Source: Phycisphaerae bacterium
GTDB lineage: Bacteria; Planctomycetota; Phycisphaerae; UBA1845; Fen-1342
Assembly: GCA_050115495.1 (NCBI GenBank)
Contig: JASFQK010000019.1
Coordinates: 32,001 to 96,000, forward strand
Reading direction: 5' to 3'
DNA: 64,000 bases
The notes beneath the pieces were generated by a model. It searched no databases, had not been told where the DNA came from, and saw only the letters and a list, made by a program, of their open reading frames with translations. Each line of letters starts with the position of its first letter. The stretch's first letter is position 1. A program made the position numbers and the translations under genes. This document shows, one piece after another, positions 47,210 through 56,685 of the stretch.

Positions 47210-48520
47210 ATGAAGCCTGCAACCACAACAAAGCGAAGTGCGGCGTTCGTTGCCATCGTGCATGGCATCCTCGGTCTCGGGCTGGCCCTGAGTGGTCTCG
47301 CCGCTCCAGCCAGTGCCAACGTTCGCGACCTATGGAACTCCGCCAATCATGGGGCGGCCATTGTTCTGTCGGCCGGTGAACGCGTGCTGGTCGATCTATT
47401 CCTGACCAACGATGCTGACGGTCCGGAACAGGTGCCCGGCCCGACCGCAGACCAGGTGAGCTCCCCGCTCAGCACGACGGGCGCGTGCTGCGTTGATGGT
47501 GTCTGTTACGACAACCTAACAGAGGCCCAGTGCATCGCGCTTTGTGGGTCGTGGCGAGGTGCTGGGACATTCTGCAGGAATCTGCCCTTGGGTTGTCCCC
47601 AGCACATCAGCGGCGAGTGCTGCATTCTGGGTGTGTGCTACGACACGTATGACGGGCCGGATTCCTGCAGGTGTGCCGGCGGGCACTGGGTGCCACTGCC
47701 GATCGGAGGAGAGTGCGACGAGACCAACTGCCCGCCGGTGGGGGCCTGCTGCGTCGATGGCGTCTGCTACGACGACCTGACCGAGGCGGAATGCCTGGAT
47801 CTCTGCGGTTCGTGGCAAGGCGCCTGGACACGCTGCGTGGACCTGCCCTTGGGTTGCCCACTTCACCTTAGCGGTGAGTGCTGCATCCTCGGCGTGTGCT
47901 ATGACACGTATGATGGCCCAGACTCGTGCAGGTGTGCCGGCGGTCACTGGGTACCACTGCCGATCGGCGGAGAATGCGACGAGACCAACTGCCCGCCGGT
48001 GGGGGCCTGCTGCGTTGATGGCGTCTGCTACGACGACCTGACGGAGGCGGAATGCCTGGATCTCTGCGGGTCATGGCAAGGCGCCTGGACACGCTGCGTG
48101 GACCTGCCCTTGGGCTGCCCAGCTTTCATCAGCGGCGAGTGCTGCATCCTCGGTGTGTGCTACGACACGTTCGCGGGTCCGGACTCGTGCGCGTGTGCCG
48201 GTGGCTACTGGGTGCAACTGGGCATTGGTCAGGAATGTGATGAGACCAATTGCCCGCCGGTGGGCGCCTGCTGTATCGATGGCCTGTGCTACGACGATCT
48301 GACGGAGGCGGAATGCGTCGAGCTGTGCGGGTCGTGGCAAGGGGCCTGGACACATTGTGATGATCCGTTCCTGGATTGCCCGGATTACCTCTACGGCAGG
48401 TGCTGCATCGAGGGTATCTGCTACGACACGTACGCTGGCCCGAATTCGTGTGGGTGTGACGGCGGCACCTGGATCCCGCTGCTGCCGGGACAAACCTGCC
48501 TGGACGTGACGTGCCCGTAA
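47210..48520 (+). CDS. Secreted cysteine-rich tandem repeat protein (GACC-type repeats)
   Basis: Signal peptide ..LGLALSGLAAPASA; four ~87-aa units with 14 Cys each; GAGG RBS before ATG 47210. Confidence 0.88.
   Translation: MKPATTTKRSAAFVAIVHGILGLGLALSGLAAPASANVRDLWNSANHGAAIVLSAGERVLVDLFLTNDADGPEQVPGPTADQVSSPLSTTGACCVDGVCYDNLTEAQCIALCGSWRGAGTFCRNLPLGCPQHISGECCILGVCYDTYDGPDSCRCAGGHWVPLPIGGECDETNCPPVGACCVDGVCYDDLTEAECLDLCGSWQGAWTRCVDLPLGCPLHLSGECCILGVCYDTYDGPDSCRCAGGHWVPLPIGGECDETNCPPVGACCVDGVCYDDLTEAECLDLCGSWQGAWTRCVDLPLGCPAFISGECCILGVCYDTFAGPDSCACAGGYWVQLGIGQECDETNCPPVGACCIDGLCYDDLTEAECVELCGSWQGAWTHCDDPFLDCPDYLYGRCCIEGICYDTYAGPNSCGCDGGTWIPLLPGQTCLDVTCP
47480..48517 (+). repeat. Four tandem 261-nt coding repeats
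   Basis: Units start at 47480, 47741, 48002 and 48263; units 2 and 3 are nearly identical in their first half. Confidence 0.95.
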
Positions 48521-48652
48521 AGGCAGGAGTATCGCTCCGTCTGCTGACCGCAGCGGTCCGGACAACGTCGTTTGGTAACTGATCGCTCTGGACCACTGTG
48601 TTGATGGCCGCCGTGGCGAGGGTATCCCGCCGGTGGCGCGCATCGTCGCGAA

Positions 48653-48803
48653 CGCCTGCGACGCTGCCGCTCACGCCCTCGCCGCGGCGGTCCGCTTTGT
48701 CACCGTGGATGGTCGTCGTAGCTGACGATGATCTCGTGCGTCATGCCCCGACACGCGAACTGCGCAGCATGGGTGGGCAAACCGCGCGGGTGACGGCCGA
48801 GAC
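48653..48803 (+). pseudogene. Degraded duplicate of the linker and second REC start of gene 44475-46241
   Basis: PATLPLTPSPRRSALSPWMVVVADDDLVRHAPTRELRSMGGQ versus PATPPPPPPRQSAMSARILVVDDDDLVRRALARELRSMGWQ (about 45805-45955). Confidence 0.8.
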
Positions 48804-48872
48804 GTTCGCCCGCCGCCGCTCTTAACAGGGCGGCCCCCCTGGCCGAGGTGCGGAAGATTGGCAAATCAACGC

Positions 48873-48901
48873 TTGACAATCGAGACGACCGGTCTAATAA
48901 T
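48873..48901 (+). promoter_or_regulatory. Sigma70-type promoter with TetR operator in the spacer
   Basis: TTGACA (48873-48878), 17 nt, AATAAT (48896-48901); operator GAGACGACCGGTCTA at 48882-48896. Confidence 0.75.
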
Positions 48902-49500
48902 TGGGCGCAGTGATTGAGACCAGTCGAGACACAAAGGAACGCATCCTCGAAGCCGGGTTGGCGACCATCGCGGCCAAGAGCTTCCACGGCTGCGGCCTGA
49001 CCGAGATCCTCAAACAGGCCGGCGTACCGAAAGGGTCGTTCTATCACCACTTCCAGTCGAAGGAAGACCTCGGCGTAGCCGTAATCGAACGGGCAGCGGA
49101 GGCGCACGTCACGTTCATGCGCGAACACCTGGGCAACCGGGAGCTCTCCCCCCTGACCCGCGTCAAGCGGTTGTTCCGCGCCATGCGAGATCGTTACGCG
49201 GGCAGCGGGACAACGCCGGAATGTATCGTCGCCAAGCTCGCCCTCGAGGTCGCCCAACTGAGCGAACCGATGCGCTCGACGATCAAATACGCGTACGATC
49301 ACTGGTCATCTGTGCTGGCGCGAACGCTGCGTGAGGCCCGCGCTGCGGGTGAACTGGGGGATGATCAGGACCCGGATGAGATGGCGGACTTCATGATCGC
49401 TGCCTGGGAAGGAGTCGCCGTGCGAATGCGGATCGATCGCACGATCAGGCCGTTGGACCAATACCTGGACCGCATGAACCGGATGCTGCCGGGAACCTAG
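48901..49500 (+). CDS. TetR family regulator, NemR-like
   Basis: GLTEILKQAGVPKGSFYHHFQSKEDLG HTH and ECIVAKLALEV..LSEPMR; start TTG 48901 or GTG 48910. Confidence 0.9.
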   Translation: MGAVIETSRDTKERILEAGLATIAAKSFHGCGLTEILKQAGVPKGSFYHHFQSKEDLGVAVIERAAEAHVTFMREHLGNRELSPLTRVKRLFRAMRDRYAGSGTTPECIVAKLALEVAQLSEPMRSTIKYAYDHWSSVLARTLREARAAGELGDDQDPDEMADFMIAAWEGVAVRMRIDRTIRPLDQYLDRMNRMLPGT

Positions 49501-49515
49501 GTGAGCTTCTCTTTT

Positions 49516-49546
49516 TTGACATCGGTAGAGACGACCGGTCTACTTA
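49516..49546 (+). promoter_or_regulatory. Second promoter/operator upstream of the RND operon
   Basis: TTGACA (49516-49521) followed by an identical GAGACGACCGGTCTA (49528-49542). Confidence 0.75.
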
Positions 49547-49560
49547 ACAGGAGCGGTGCG

Positions 49561-50685
49561 ATGAGAACGAAGATCGCCATTCTTGCCACGCTCGCCGCGG
49601 TTGGTGTCGCCGCTACGGCGGTCTGGTTGGGGGCGGCACACAAGGAGGCCAGCGCCGACGAGCTGGCGGCCCCCGCGCAGCCGACGTCGCGCCCGGTGCC
49701 GACGGCCGTCGTCCGGCGGTTGTCGGGTGACCGGGTCTACACGTTCCCCGGAACCGTACGGGCGACGCGGCGTGTGCAGTTGGCGTTCTCGGTTGCCGGC
49801 TTGCTGGTCGAGCTGCACGCGCAAGAGGGGTTGAAGCTGCGCCAAGGTGAGGTGCTGGCCAGGCTGGACCCGCGTGACTACCAGCACGCGCGGGACGCGG
49901 CCGCGGCGAGGTACGCCGACAGCAAGCAGGACTTCCGCCGACTGAAGGCGCTGCGCGATCAAAAGGCTGCCGCCGAGGCGGAGTATGACGAGGCCGAGGC
50001 GGCCCACGCGGTCGCCGAGGCTGAACTCCGCGTCTGCGAGAAGGCGCTGGACGACACCGTGCTATTGGCTCCGTTCGACGGCATCGTCGCCAGGCGGTAC
50101 GTCGAAAACTACGAGCACGTCGCCGCCAAGCAACCCGTCCTTTCCTTTCAGGATATCTCCGTGCTGGAGGTAGTCGTAGCCGTACCGGAGCGGCTGATCG
50201 CTCGCGGCGGCGTGGCAGCGCTCGGTGAGCTCCACGTTCGCTTCGACGCGGATGAAGAGCGGTGGCTGGACGCCGACATTCGCGAGTTCAGCGTGCAATC
50301 CGACCCCGTCACGCGGACATTCGACGTGGTGGTCGGGCTGACTCCGCCGGCGAACATGGAAGTCCTGCCTGGCATGACCGCCACAGTACGGGCGCGGACC
50401 CCGGGTGACGTGGGCGAGTGCGACGCCGGAGCGCAGCGTGCACTGGTGCCCGTCGAGGCAATCGTCCGCGGTCCTGACGGGGCGTCCTATGTCTGGGTGA
50501 TCGAGCCGGCGGGCGGAACGCCATACAGGCAGTCGGTCGAGCTCGGCATCCTGCACGAGGACGGCGTCGAGATTGTCGGCGGTTTGCGGCCGGGGCAGCA
50601 CGTCGCGGTCGCCGGACTGCACACGTTGCGGGAAGACATGCATGCCCGCCCGATGGCCGAAGGTGGCGAGGGGCTGGACGGATGA
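49561..50685 (+). CDS. RND efflux periplasmic adaptor (MFP)
   Basis: N-terminal anchor, LAFSVAG, GEVLARLDP, LLAPFDGIV, DPVTRTF, LPGMTA, GLRPGQHVAVAG; AGGAG RBS. Confidence 0.93.
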   Translation: MRTKIAILATLAAVGVAATAVWLGAAHKEASADELAAPAQPTSRPVPTAVVRRLSGDRVYTFPGTVRATRRVQLAFSVAGLLVELHAQEGLKLRQGEVLARLDPRDYQHARDAAAARYADSKQDFRRLKALRDQKAAAEAEYDEAEAAHAVAEAELRVCEKALDDTVLLAPFDGIVARRYVENYEHVAAKQPVLSFQDISVLEVVVAVPERLIARGGVAALGELHVRFDADEERWLDADIREFSVQSDPVTRTFDVVVGLTPPANMEVLPGMTATVRARTPGDVGECDAGAQRALVPVEAIVRGPDGASYVWVIEPAGGTPYRQSVELGILHEDGVEIVGGLRPGQHVAVAGLHTLREDMHARPMAEGGEGLDG

Positions 50686-53600
50686 ACCTGGCTGGCTACG
50701 CCATTCGTCACAAGGCCGTGACCCTGGTCTTCACGCTGGCGCTCGCCCTCGGCGGCGTGCTGGCGTATGGCTGGCTGGGGCGTCTGGAGGATCCGGAGTT
50801 CACCATTAAGGAAGCGGTGATCTTCACGAACTACCCCGGAGCGACCGCCGAGGAAGTCGAACTCGAAGTGACCGAACCACTGGAGACCGCCATTCAACAG
50901 CTCAAGCAGTTGAAGGAGGTGCGGTCTATCTCGCGTGCCGGCGTTTCGATCGTCTTCGCCGAGATGCAGGAAGTCTACGACAAGCACACACTGCCGCAGA
51001 TCTGGGACGAACTGCGGCGCAAAGTCGCCGCAGCGGCGAGCGAGTTGCCGCCCGGTTGCCAGCCGCCGCAGGTCAACGACGACTTCGGCGACGTGTATGG
51101 CGTCTTCTACGCACTGACGGGCGACGGCTACTCCCAGCACGACCTGAAGGAAGTCGCCGAGGATCTCCGCCGCGAGCTGCTGCTGTGCGAGGACGTGGGA
51201 CGCATCGACTTCTGGGGGTTGCAGCCGGAACGAATCTATATCGAGATCGATCGCGCCAAGCTGGCCCGCCTCGGCCTGCAGCCCACAGCCATCTTCAACA
51301 CACTCAGCCAACAGAACACGGTCACGGAAGCCGGCGCCGTCCGGGTGGGCACGGAGTACGTTCGCGTACGTGTGACGGGGGATTACGCCTGCGTCGAGGA
51401 TCTGGGCGAGCAGTTGATCGAGGGTAGCGCGGAACGTCGCCTGATCCGCCTCAAGGACGTCGCATGTATCGAACGCGGATATCTCGATCCGCCGGTGGAG
51501 ATGCTGGGCTGGAACGGACGCCCGGCCGTCGGCCTCGGCATCTCCACGATCGCCGGCGGCAACGTCATCGCCATGGGGCACTCCTTGAAGGAGCGGCTGG
51601 CGCAATTGGAAGCGCGCATTCCCGTCGGCATCGAGGTTGAGGCGATAACGGACCAGGCCGCGACCGTGCAAACCGCGGTGCGCGGCTTCGTCATGAACCT
51701 GGGCGCAGCCGTGGCCATCGTGATCCTACTGCTGGTGATTTTCATGGGATTGCGGGAAGGCTTCATCATCGCGGCGGTGCTCGTGCTCACCATCGCGGGC
51801 ACGTTCATGTGCATGCAGATTCTTGGCATCACGTTGCAGCGCATCTCGCTCGGCGCCCTGATCATTTCCCTCGGGATGCTCGTGGACAATGCGATCGTCG
51901 TGGCCGAGGGCATCGTCGTCCACACGCACCGGGGCCTGTCTCGCGCGGAGGCCGCCGAGCGAACGGTGCGCGAGACGCAGTGGCCACTGCTGGGTGCGAC
52001 CGGTATTGCGATACTCGCGTTCGCGGCCATCACCCTGTCCAAGGACATGACCGGAGAATGGCTGAAGAGCCTGTTTCAGGTGATCTGTCTGTCGCTCGGC
52101 CTAAGCTGGGTGCTGGCCATCACGGTGGCGCCTTATCTGTGCGTGGCCCTCCTGCCGGAGAAACATGGTGGTCAGAAGCCGTCGCACACCAATCGGTTCT
52201 TCCGCCTGTACCGCAACCTGGTCGGAGCGTGCATCGATCATCGCCGCATCTTTCTGGCCGCGATCGCCGTCGTGCTCGGCGTGGCCCTGTGGGGCTTCAG
52301 CTTCGTGAAGCAGGACTTCATGCCGGACATGAACCGCCCGCAGTTCACCGTCGACGTGTGGCTGCCGGAAGGCACACACATCGAGGACACGTCGCGGGAG
52401 ATGGCCGCCATCGAGCAACACATCCGCGAACTGGACGGTGTCACCACCGTGGCGAGCTTCGTCGGCAGCGGGCCACTGCGGTTCCTGCTGATCTACGAAC
52501 CCGAGATGCCCAACCCCGCCTACGGCCAACTCCTGGTGAATGTAGATGATTTCCGGCGGCTCAGGACCCTGATCCCGACACTCCGCAACTACCTGGAAAC
52601 GCACCACACCAACGCCGTCACCAGCGTCGATGCGTTCAAGCTCGGTCCCGGCGGCGGAGCGGTCGAGGTGCGATTGAGCGGGCCCGATCCCGGCGTCCTG
52701 CGTGAGATGGCTGAGCGCGTAAAGGCTGTCATGTGGAGGCACGACAACACGCGCAGCATCCGCACAGACTGGGGTGAACCGGTGAAGACCGACTGCGTGC
52801 GCATGGCCAACGCCCGGGCACGCGAGGTGGGCGTCACCCGGCCTGAGATCGCCCAATCGCTGGCCATGAACCTCTCCGGTGCGATTGCCGGGCTGTACCG
52901 TCACGGTGACGATCTGCTGCCGGTGGTGCTGCGCCCGCCTGCGGCGCAGCGACTGGGCATCGACAACCGCGACAACGTTCAGGTGTGGAGTGCGGCGTGC
53001 GCCCGTTGGATTCCCCTGCAACAGGTCACCGATGGGGTCACCACGCAGTGGGAAGACCCGGCGATCCACCGGCTGAATCGCATCCGCACGCTGTCGGTCT
53101 CATGCAAGCAGAAGACCGGCACGACGGATGCGCTCTACCGGCAGTTGTGCGAACCCATCGACCGCGTCGCGGTACCGGAGGGATACGCCCTCGAATGGGG
53201 CGGGGAGCACGAGGAGCAGGTCGAGGCCAATCAGAAGCTCATGTCGAACGTGCCCATCGCATTCACCGCGATGTTCCTCATCACGGTGCTGCTCTTCAAC
53301 ACGTTACGCCACCCGTTGATTATCTTCCTCGGACTACCCCTCGCTGTCGTCGGCGTGTCCTGCGGCATGCTTCTGGCGGACAAGCCCTTCGGCTTCATGG
53401 CCATGCTCGGATTCCTCAGCCTGTTCGGCATGCTGATGAAGAACGAAATCGTCCTGCTCGATCAGATCAACATCGAGCTGGCGGCAGGAAAAAGGCCCTT
53501 CGAAGCGGTCGTCGATTCGGCGGTCAGTCGCGTGCGTCCGGTCACCATGGCCGCCTTCACCACCGTGCTCGGCATGACGCCCCTGCTCTGGGACGCCTTC

Positions 53601-53729
53601 TTCTCGCCGATGGCGGTGACCATCATGGGCGGCCTCACCTTCGCCACCGTGCTCACGCTGGTCGTCGTCCCAGTGCTCTACAGCACGCTCTTCGGCGTGC
53701 GTCGGGAGGATCGCTGCAACTCGAACTGA
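50682..53729 (+). CDS. RND efflux permease (AcrB/AcrD/AcrF family)
   Basis: EDPEFTIK, YPGATAEEVE, SLGMLVDNAIVVAE, RVRPVTM..TTVLGMTPL; 1015 aa. Confidence 0.95.
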   Translation: MNLAGYAIRHKAVTLVFTLALALGGVLAYGWLGRLEDPEFTIKEAVIFTNYPGATAEEVELEVTEPLETAIQQLKQLKEVRSISRAGVSIVFAEMQEVYDKHTLPQIWDELRRKVAAAASELPPGCQPPQVNDDFGDVYGVFYALTGDGYSQHDLKEVAEDLRRELLLCEDVGRIDFWGLQPERIYIEIDRAKLARLGLQPTAIFNTLSQQNTVTEAGAVRVGTEYVRVRVTGDYACVEDLGEQLIEGSAERRLIRLKDVACIERGYLDPPVEMLGWNGRPAVGLGISTIAGGNVIAMGHSLKERLAQLEARIPVGIEVEAITDQAATVQTAVRGFVMNLGAAVAIVILLLVIFMGLREGFIIAAVLVLTIAGTFMCMQILGITLQRISLGALIISLGMLVDNAIVVAEGIVVHTHRGLSRAEAAERTVRETQWPLLGATGIAILAFAAITLSKDMTGEWLKSLFQVICLSLGLSWVLAITVAPYLCVALLPEKHGGQKPSHTNRFFRLYRNLVGACIDHRRIFLAAIAVVLGVALWGFSFVKQDFMPDMNRPQFTVDVWLPEGTHIEDTSREMAAIEQHIRELDGVTTVASFVGSGPLRFLLIYEPEMPNPAYGQLLVNVDDFRRLRTLIPTLRNYLETHHTNAVTSVDAFKLGPGGGAVEVRLSGPDPGVLREMAERVKAVMWRHDNTRSIRTDWGEPVKTDCVRMANARAREVGVTRPEIAQSLAMNLSGAIAGLYRHGDDLLPVVLRPPAAQRLGIDNRDNVQVWSAACARWIPLQQVTDGVTTQWEDPAIHRLNRIRTLSVSCKQKTGTTDALYRQLCEPIDRVAVPEGYALEWGGEHEEQVEANQKLMSNVPIAFTAMFLITVLLFNTLRHPLIIFLGLPLAVVGVSCGMLLADKPFGFMAMLGFLSLFGMLMKNEIVLLDQINIELAAGKRPFEAVVDSAVSRVRPVTMAAFTTVLGMTPLLWDAFFSPMAVTIMGGLTFATVLTLVVVPVLYSTLFGVRREDRCNSN

Positions 53730-53764
53730 CGCTCTCGGGGACGACTGACCGACCTGAGTTCGTG

Positions 53765-54916
53765 TCAGACCTCTTCGAGCACAACAAGCTTGCCCCGCCG
53801 GCGGAGCTTCTCCGCGAGCAGCGGCATCACCGAGGTACGTTGCAGAATGCCCTGCTGGCGAAAACTGATGTCACCTGAGGCCGGGTTCGGCGCCTTCCCG
53901 AGGAAGATGTTCACGCGGTCCGCGTCACGCAGCAACTCGCACAACTGCGTCACGCCGGATTGTTCCTCATAACCGGCGGGGTCCTCATCGAGGATGTTGT
54001 ACGCCTGGTTCAGCGTAACGGCACCTTCGGTGACGAGATCGATGCCCTGCAACCGATACGCCGGCGGCGCGATCAGGCTCGTGGTCTGCTCGACCTGCAC
54101 GACTGATCCGTTGTACCGGCCGACGATCTTCGCCGTCGTCGCCCCGCACACGACCTTCACACCGTCGTTGCGCAGGAAACGGGCGATCACCGCGCGGTCA
54201 TGCTCGCGGCTGGCCGGCGGACCGCTGAGGATGTTCACCGTGCGTCCCGGCCGGCAACTCGCGACGATCGCCGTGCAGTCATCGCCGGCCTGACGTCGCC
54301 ATAGCCGGCGAGCCCGATCGTGCACTTCGTCCGCCAGTGCCGGGACCGCGACGCCGTCCGAGAGCAGGTCGTTCACGTACTGGCACACGCCCGCCGCCTC
54401 CCAGCCCAGGGCGAGGCCGGCCCCGAGTCCCGCCTGTGTGATCCCGTCGGAGCAGATCAGCAACCCCTCGCCCGTCTCCAGGTGACACTGCGCCTCCCCC
54501 ACCACGGCCCGTTCCAGGTTCAGCGTTCGCTGGTTCAGCACCTGCGCCCGCCGCCGGCCCACGAAGATCGGCGGCGGCGATTCGTATGAGAGCACGGTCG
54601 TGCGGCCGTCCGCGTGGATGCGGGCCACGTTGAACGCGACAAAGGGCAGGTCCGAACCCATGGCCGCCGTCATCGTCCGCGCCACCGCCGCGAACGCCTC
54701 GCGCAAGCTGAATTCGCATTCCAATAGCTCGAACAGGCGCGCGACACACATGACGGCCGCGACGTTCGCCTTCACGCCGGAGCCGATGCCGTCCGCGCAG
54801 ATGACGGTCGTCGCCAGCGGGCTGCGGTCGTGGCGGAAGAAGTCGCCGCAGGGATCGCCGGCGTGTTTCGAGCTCTGTGCGCTCGCTATTTCGACGTGTA
54901 GGTATCCTGGAGCCAA
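53765..54916 (-). CDS. SpoIIE/PP2C-like Ser/Thr phosphatase associated with sensory hydrogenase (HfsC-like)
   Basis: CGD, ADGIGSGVKAN, CSDGITQAG, GDDCT, then GPP, KVVCGATT and DLVTEGAVTL. Confidence 0.88.
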   Translation of the reverse strand: MAPGYLHVEIASAQSSKHAGDPCGDFFRHDRSPLATTVICADGIGSGVKANVAAVMCVARLFELLECEFSLREAFAAVARTMTAAMGSDLPFVAFNVARIHADGRTTVLSYESPPPIFVGRRRAQVLNQRTLNLERAVVGEAQCHLETGEGLLICSDGITQAGLGAGLALGWEAAGVCQYVNDLLSDGVAVPALADEVHDRARRLWRRQAGDDCTAIVASCRPGRTVNILSGPPASREHDRAVIARFLRNDGVKVVCGATTAKIVGRYNGSVVQVEQTTSLIAPPAYRLQGIDLVTEGAVTLNQAYNILDEDPAGYEEQSGVTQLCELLRDADRVNIFLGKAPNPASGDISFRQQGILQRTSVMPLLAEKLRRRGKLVVLEEV

Positions 54917-56661
54917 TCCGGTCCCTTGTCGTTGTGCTGAGCCCCCGCGAGCCTGAGCAGTGAGCGAACGAGCGCCTCGCCGCGGGCCGTCGTTTCGCCC
55001 AGCAGCTTGGCGATCTGCTGGGACATGTCGACCTGGTGCTCCATCAACTCCTTGGCCTGGGCCTGCGTCTGGGCCCGCAGGTCGGCGAGCTGCTTTGCGT
55101 TATCCGTGGTCGACGTGATGTTCGCGAAGATGCCGACGTACTGCCGGTCCTCGGGCAGCGCGTACAACATCTGATGGCAGACGAGGTTGTAGTTCGGATG
55201 CCGCGCCACCGTGTCGATCGTCTCGCCGCCGGCCGCCAAACGCTCGAACGGCTCGGGGTCCATCAGGTACGAGATCGGCTTGCCTAGAATCGCCTCGGAG
55301 CACACGAACATCCGCCGGAAGGACGGGTTCATGCCGATGATGCGCAGCTCGTGATCGAGGGTCACGATGCCGTTCGGGCTGGTTTCGATGATGCGATCGG
55401 TTCGCCGTTCGGCGAGCAGACGCATGTACGGAATGCACATGTCCGGCTCGGCCATGCCGCGCAGGACGGCGATGGCGTTGTCCCGGCAGCTCGCGTACCC
55501 GCAGGCACCGCAGTTGAGCTGATCGGCGGGATCGGCGCGGCCGGTCCGCTGGAGCGTCGCCCGGATCTGCTCTTCCGTGAAAGTTGCGTCACCGTTCACG
55601 GGCCGGGCTGCGAACGTCGTCCCCATTTCGGCTAGGCGGGCCGGCGTTGGATCGTCAATCGGCTCGGCAGCGGATGCGGTGTGCTCGGCGGCGTACTTCA
55701 GCAGCGCCGCCCGCAGCGTGAACGTGTTCGTGTGCTCTGCGGGCATCCCAGGACCGCGGATACAACCCTCGGCACAGAACAGCGGTTCGAACACCGCACC
55801 CGATCCGCCGGCCGGAACGTAGTCGAGCAAGGCGGCCAGCGCCTCATGGCCGTCGATCGCCTGGCACGTGCGGTTCAACACGTCTGTTTCGAGGCCGGCA
55901 GTGCGGGCCAGCCCGCCAGGAACCGGGAAGTACCGCGCGGCCGGCGGCGGGGCCTCGTCGAATTCGCTCTCTTCGAGGCGGGCCATGTCGACCTTCTCGC
56001 GCCGCAGCCACTCCTGGAGTTCCGCGAAAGTCAGCGCGCAGTAAACGAGGCTGGCGTGTTCCGGGCGATCGGCCTCCGCCTTCTTCGCGACGCACGGGCC
56101 GATGAAGATCGTCTTCACATGCGGACCGAGCTTCGCCCGGATGTGCTGGGCATGGGCCAGCATCGGCGAAACCACGGGCACGAGGGCGTCCACGTGCTGC
56201 GGCTGGTATTGCTCGACGTAGTTCACGACCGCCGGACAGGCGGTACAGATGTGCACCTTGTCCGGGTCGCGCTGGACGCAGGCGGCGGTGGCCTTCGCGA
56301 CCTCGAACGCTCCGATCGCCGTCTCCGCCACGTAGTTGAAGCCCAGCTTGCGCAGCGCGGACGGCAACCGCCGGCGTTCCCACTCGCCGAACACCGCGGC
56401 GAACGACGGGGCCACGGACGCGGCGACGACGTAGCCGTCGCGGATGACGGCCATGGCCCGCTCGAGGTCGTTGCGATAGGACTTGGCATGCTGCGGGCAT
56501 TCGCGGATGCACGTGCCACACGCGATGCAGCGCTCGGCCACAACGCGCGCCTGCCCATCGTGCAACTCGATCGCCTTCACCGGGCAGACGCGCAGGCAGC
56601 GGTAACAGTCCCGGCAACGAGCCTTGTCCGTGAAAACGACCTGGGTGAGCTTGTCCGTCAT
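54886..56661 (-). CDS. hydS: Putative sensory [FeFe]-hydrogenase (group C, HydS/HfsB-like) with FeS and PAS domains
   Basis: 2x[4Fe-4S] N-terminus; variant H-cluster motifs CTACPAVV, GPCVAKKAE, EPLFCAEGCIRG; NCGACGY..C FeS domain; PAS (SPNGIV..NPSF). Confidence 0.85.
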   Translation of the reverse strand: MTDKLTQVVFTDKARCRDCYRCLRVCPVKAIELHDGQARVVAERCIACGTCIRECPQHAKSYRNDLERAMAVIRDGYVVAASVAPSFAAVFGEWERRRLPSALRKLGFNYVAETAIGAFEVAKATAACVQRDPDKVHICTACPAVVNYVEQYQPQHVDALVPVVSPMLAHAQHIRAKLGPHVKTIFIGPCVAKKAEADRPEHASLVYCALTFAELQEWLRREKVDMARLEESEFDEAPPPAARYFPVPGGLARTAGLETDVLNRTCQAIDGHEALAALLDYVPAGGSGAVFEPLFCAEGCIRGPGMPAEHTNTFTLRAALLKYAAEHTASAAEPIDDPTPARLAEMGTTFAARPVNGDATFTEEQIRATLQRTGRADPADQLNCGACGYASCRDNAIAVLRGMAEPDMCIPYMRLLAERRTDRIIETSPNGIVTLDHELRIIGMNPSFRRMFVCSEAILGKPISYLMDPEPFERLAAGGETIDTVARHPNYNLVCHQMLYALPEDRQYVGIFANITSTTDNAKQLADLRAQTQAQAKELMEHQVDMSQQIAKLLGETTARGEALVRSLLRLAGAQHNDKGPDWLQDTYTSK

Positions 56662-56685
56662 CGGATCATCCCGGGCGATACCGCC

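Noticed and set aside
47480..48517. Cys-rich repeats as RiPP precursor for the rSAM or as multiheme cytochrome
   Set aside because: 27 kb from the rSAM, has a Sec-type signal peptide, and contains no CxxCH motifs.
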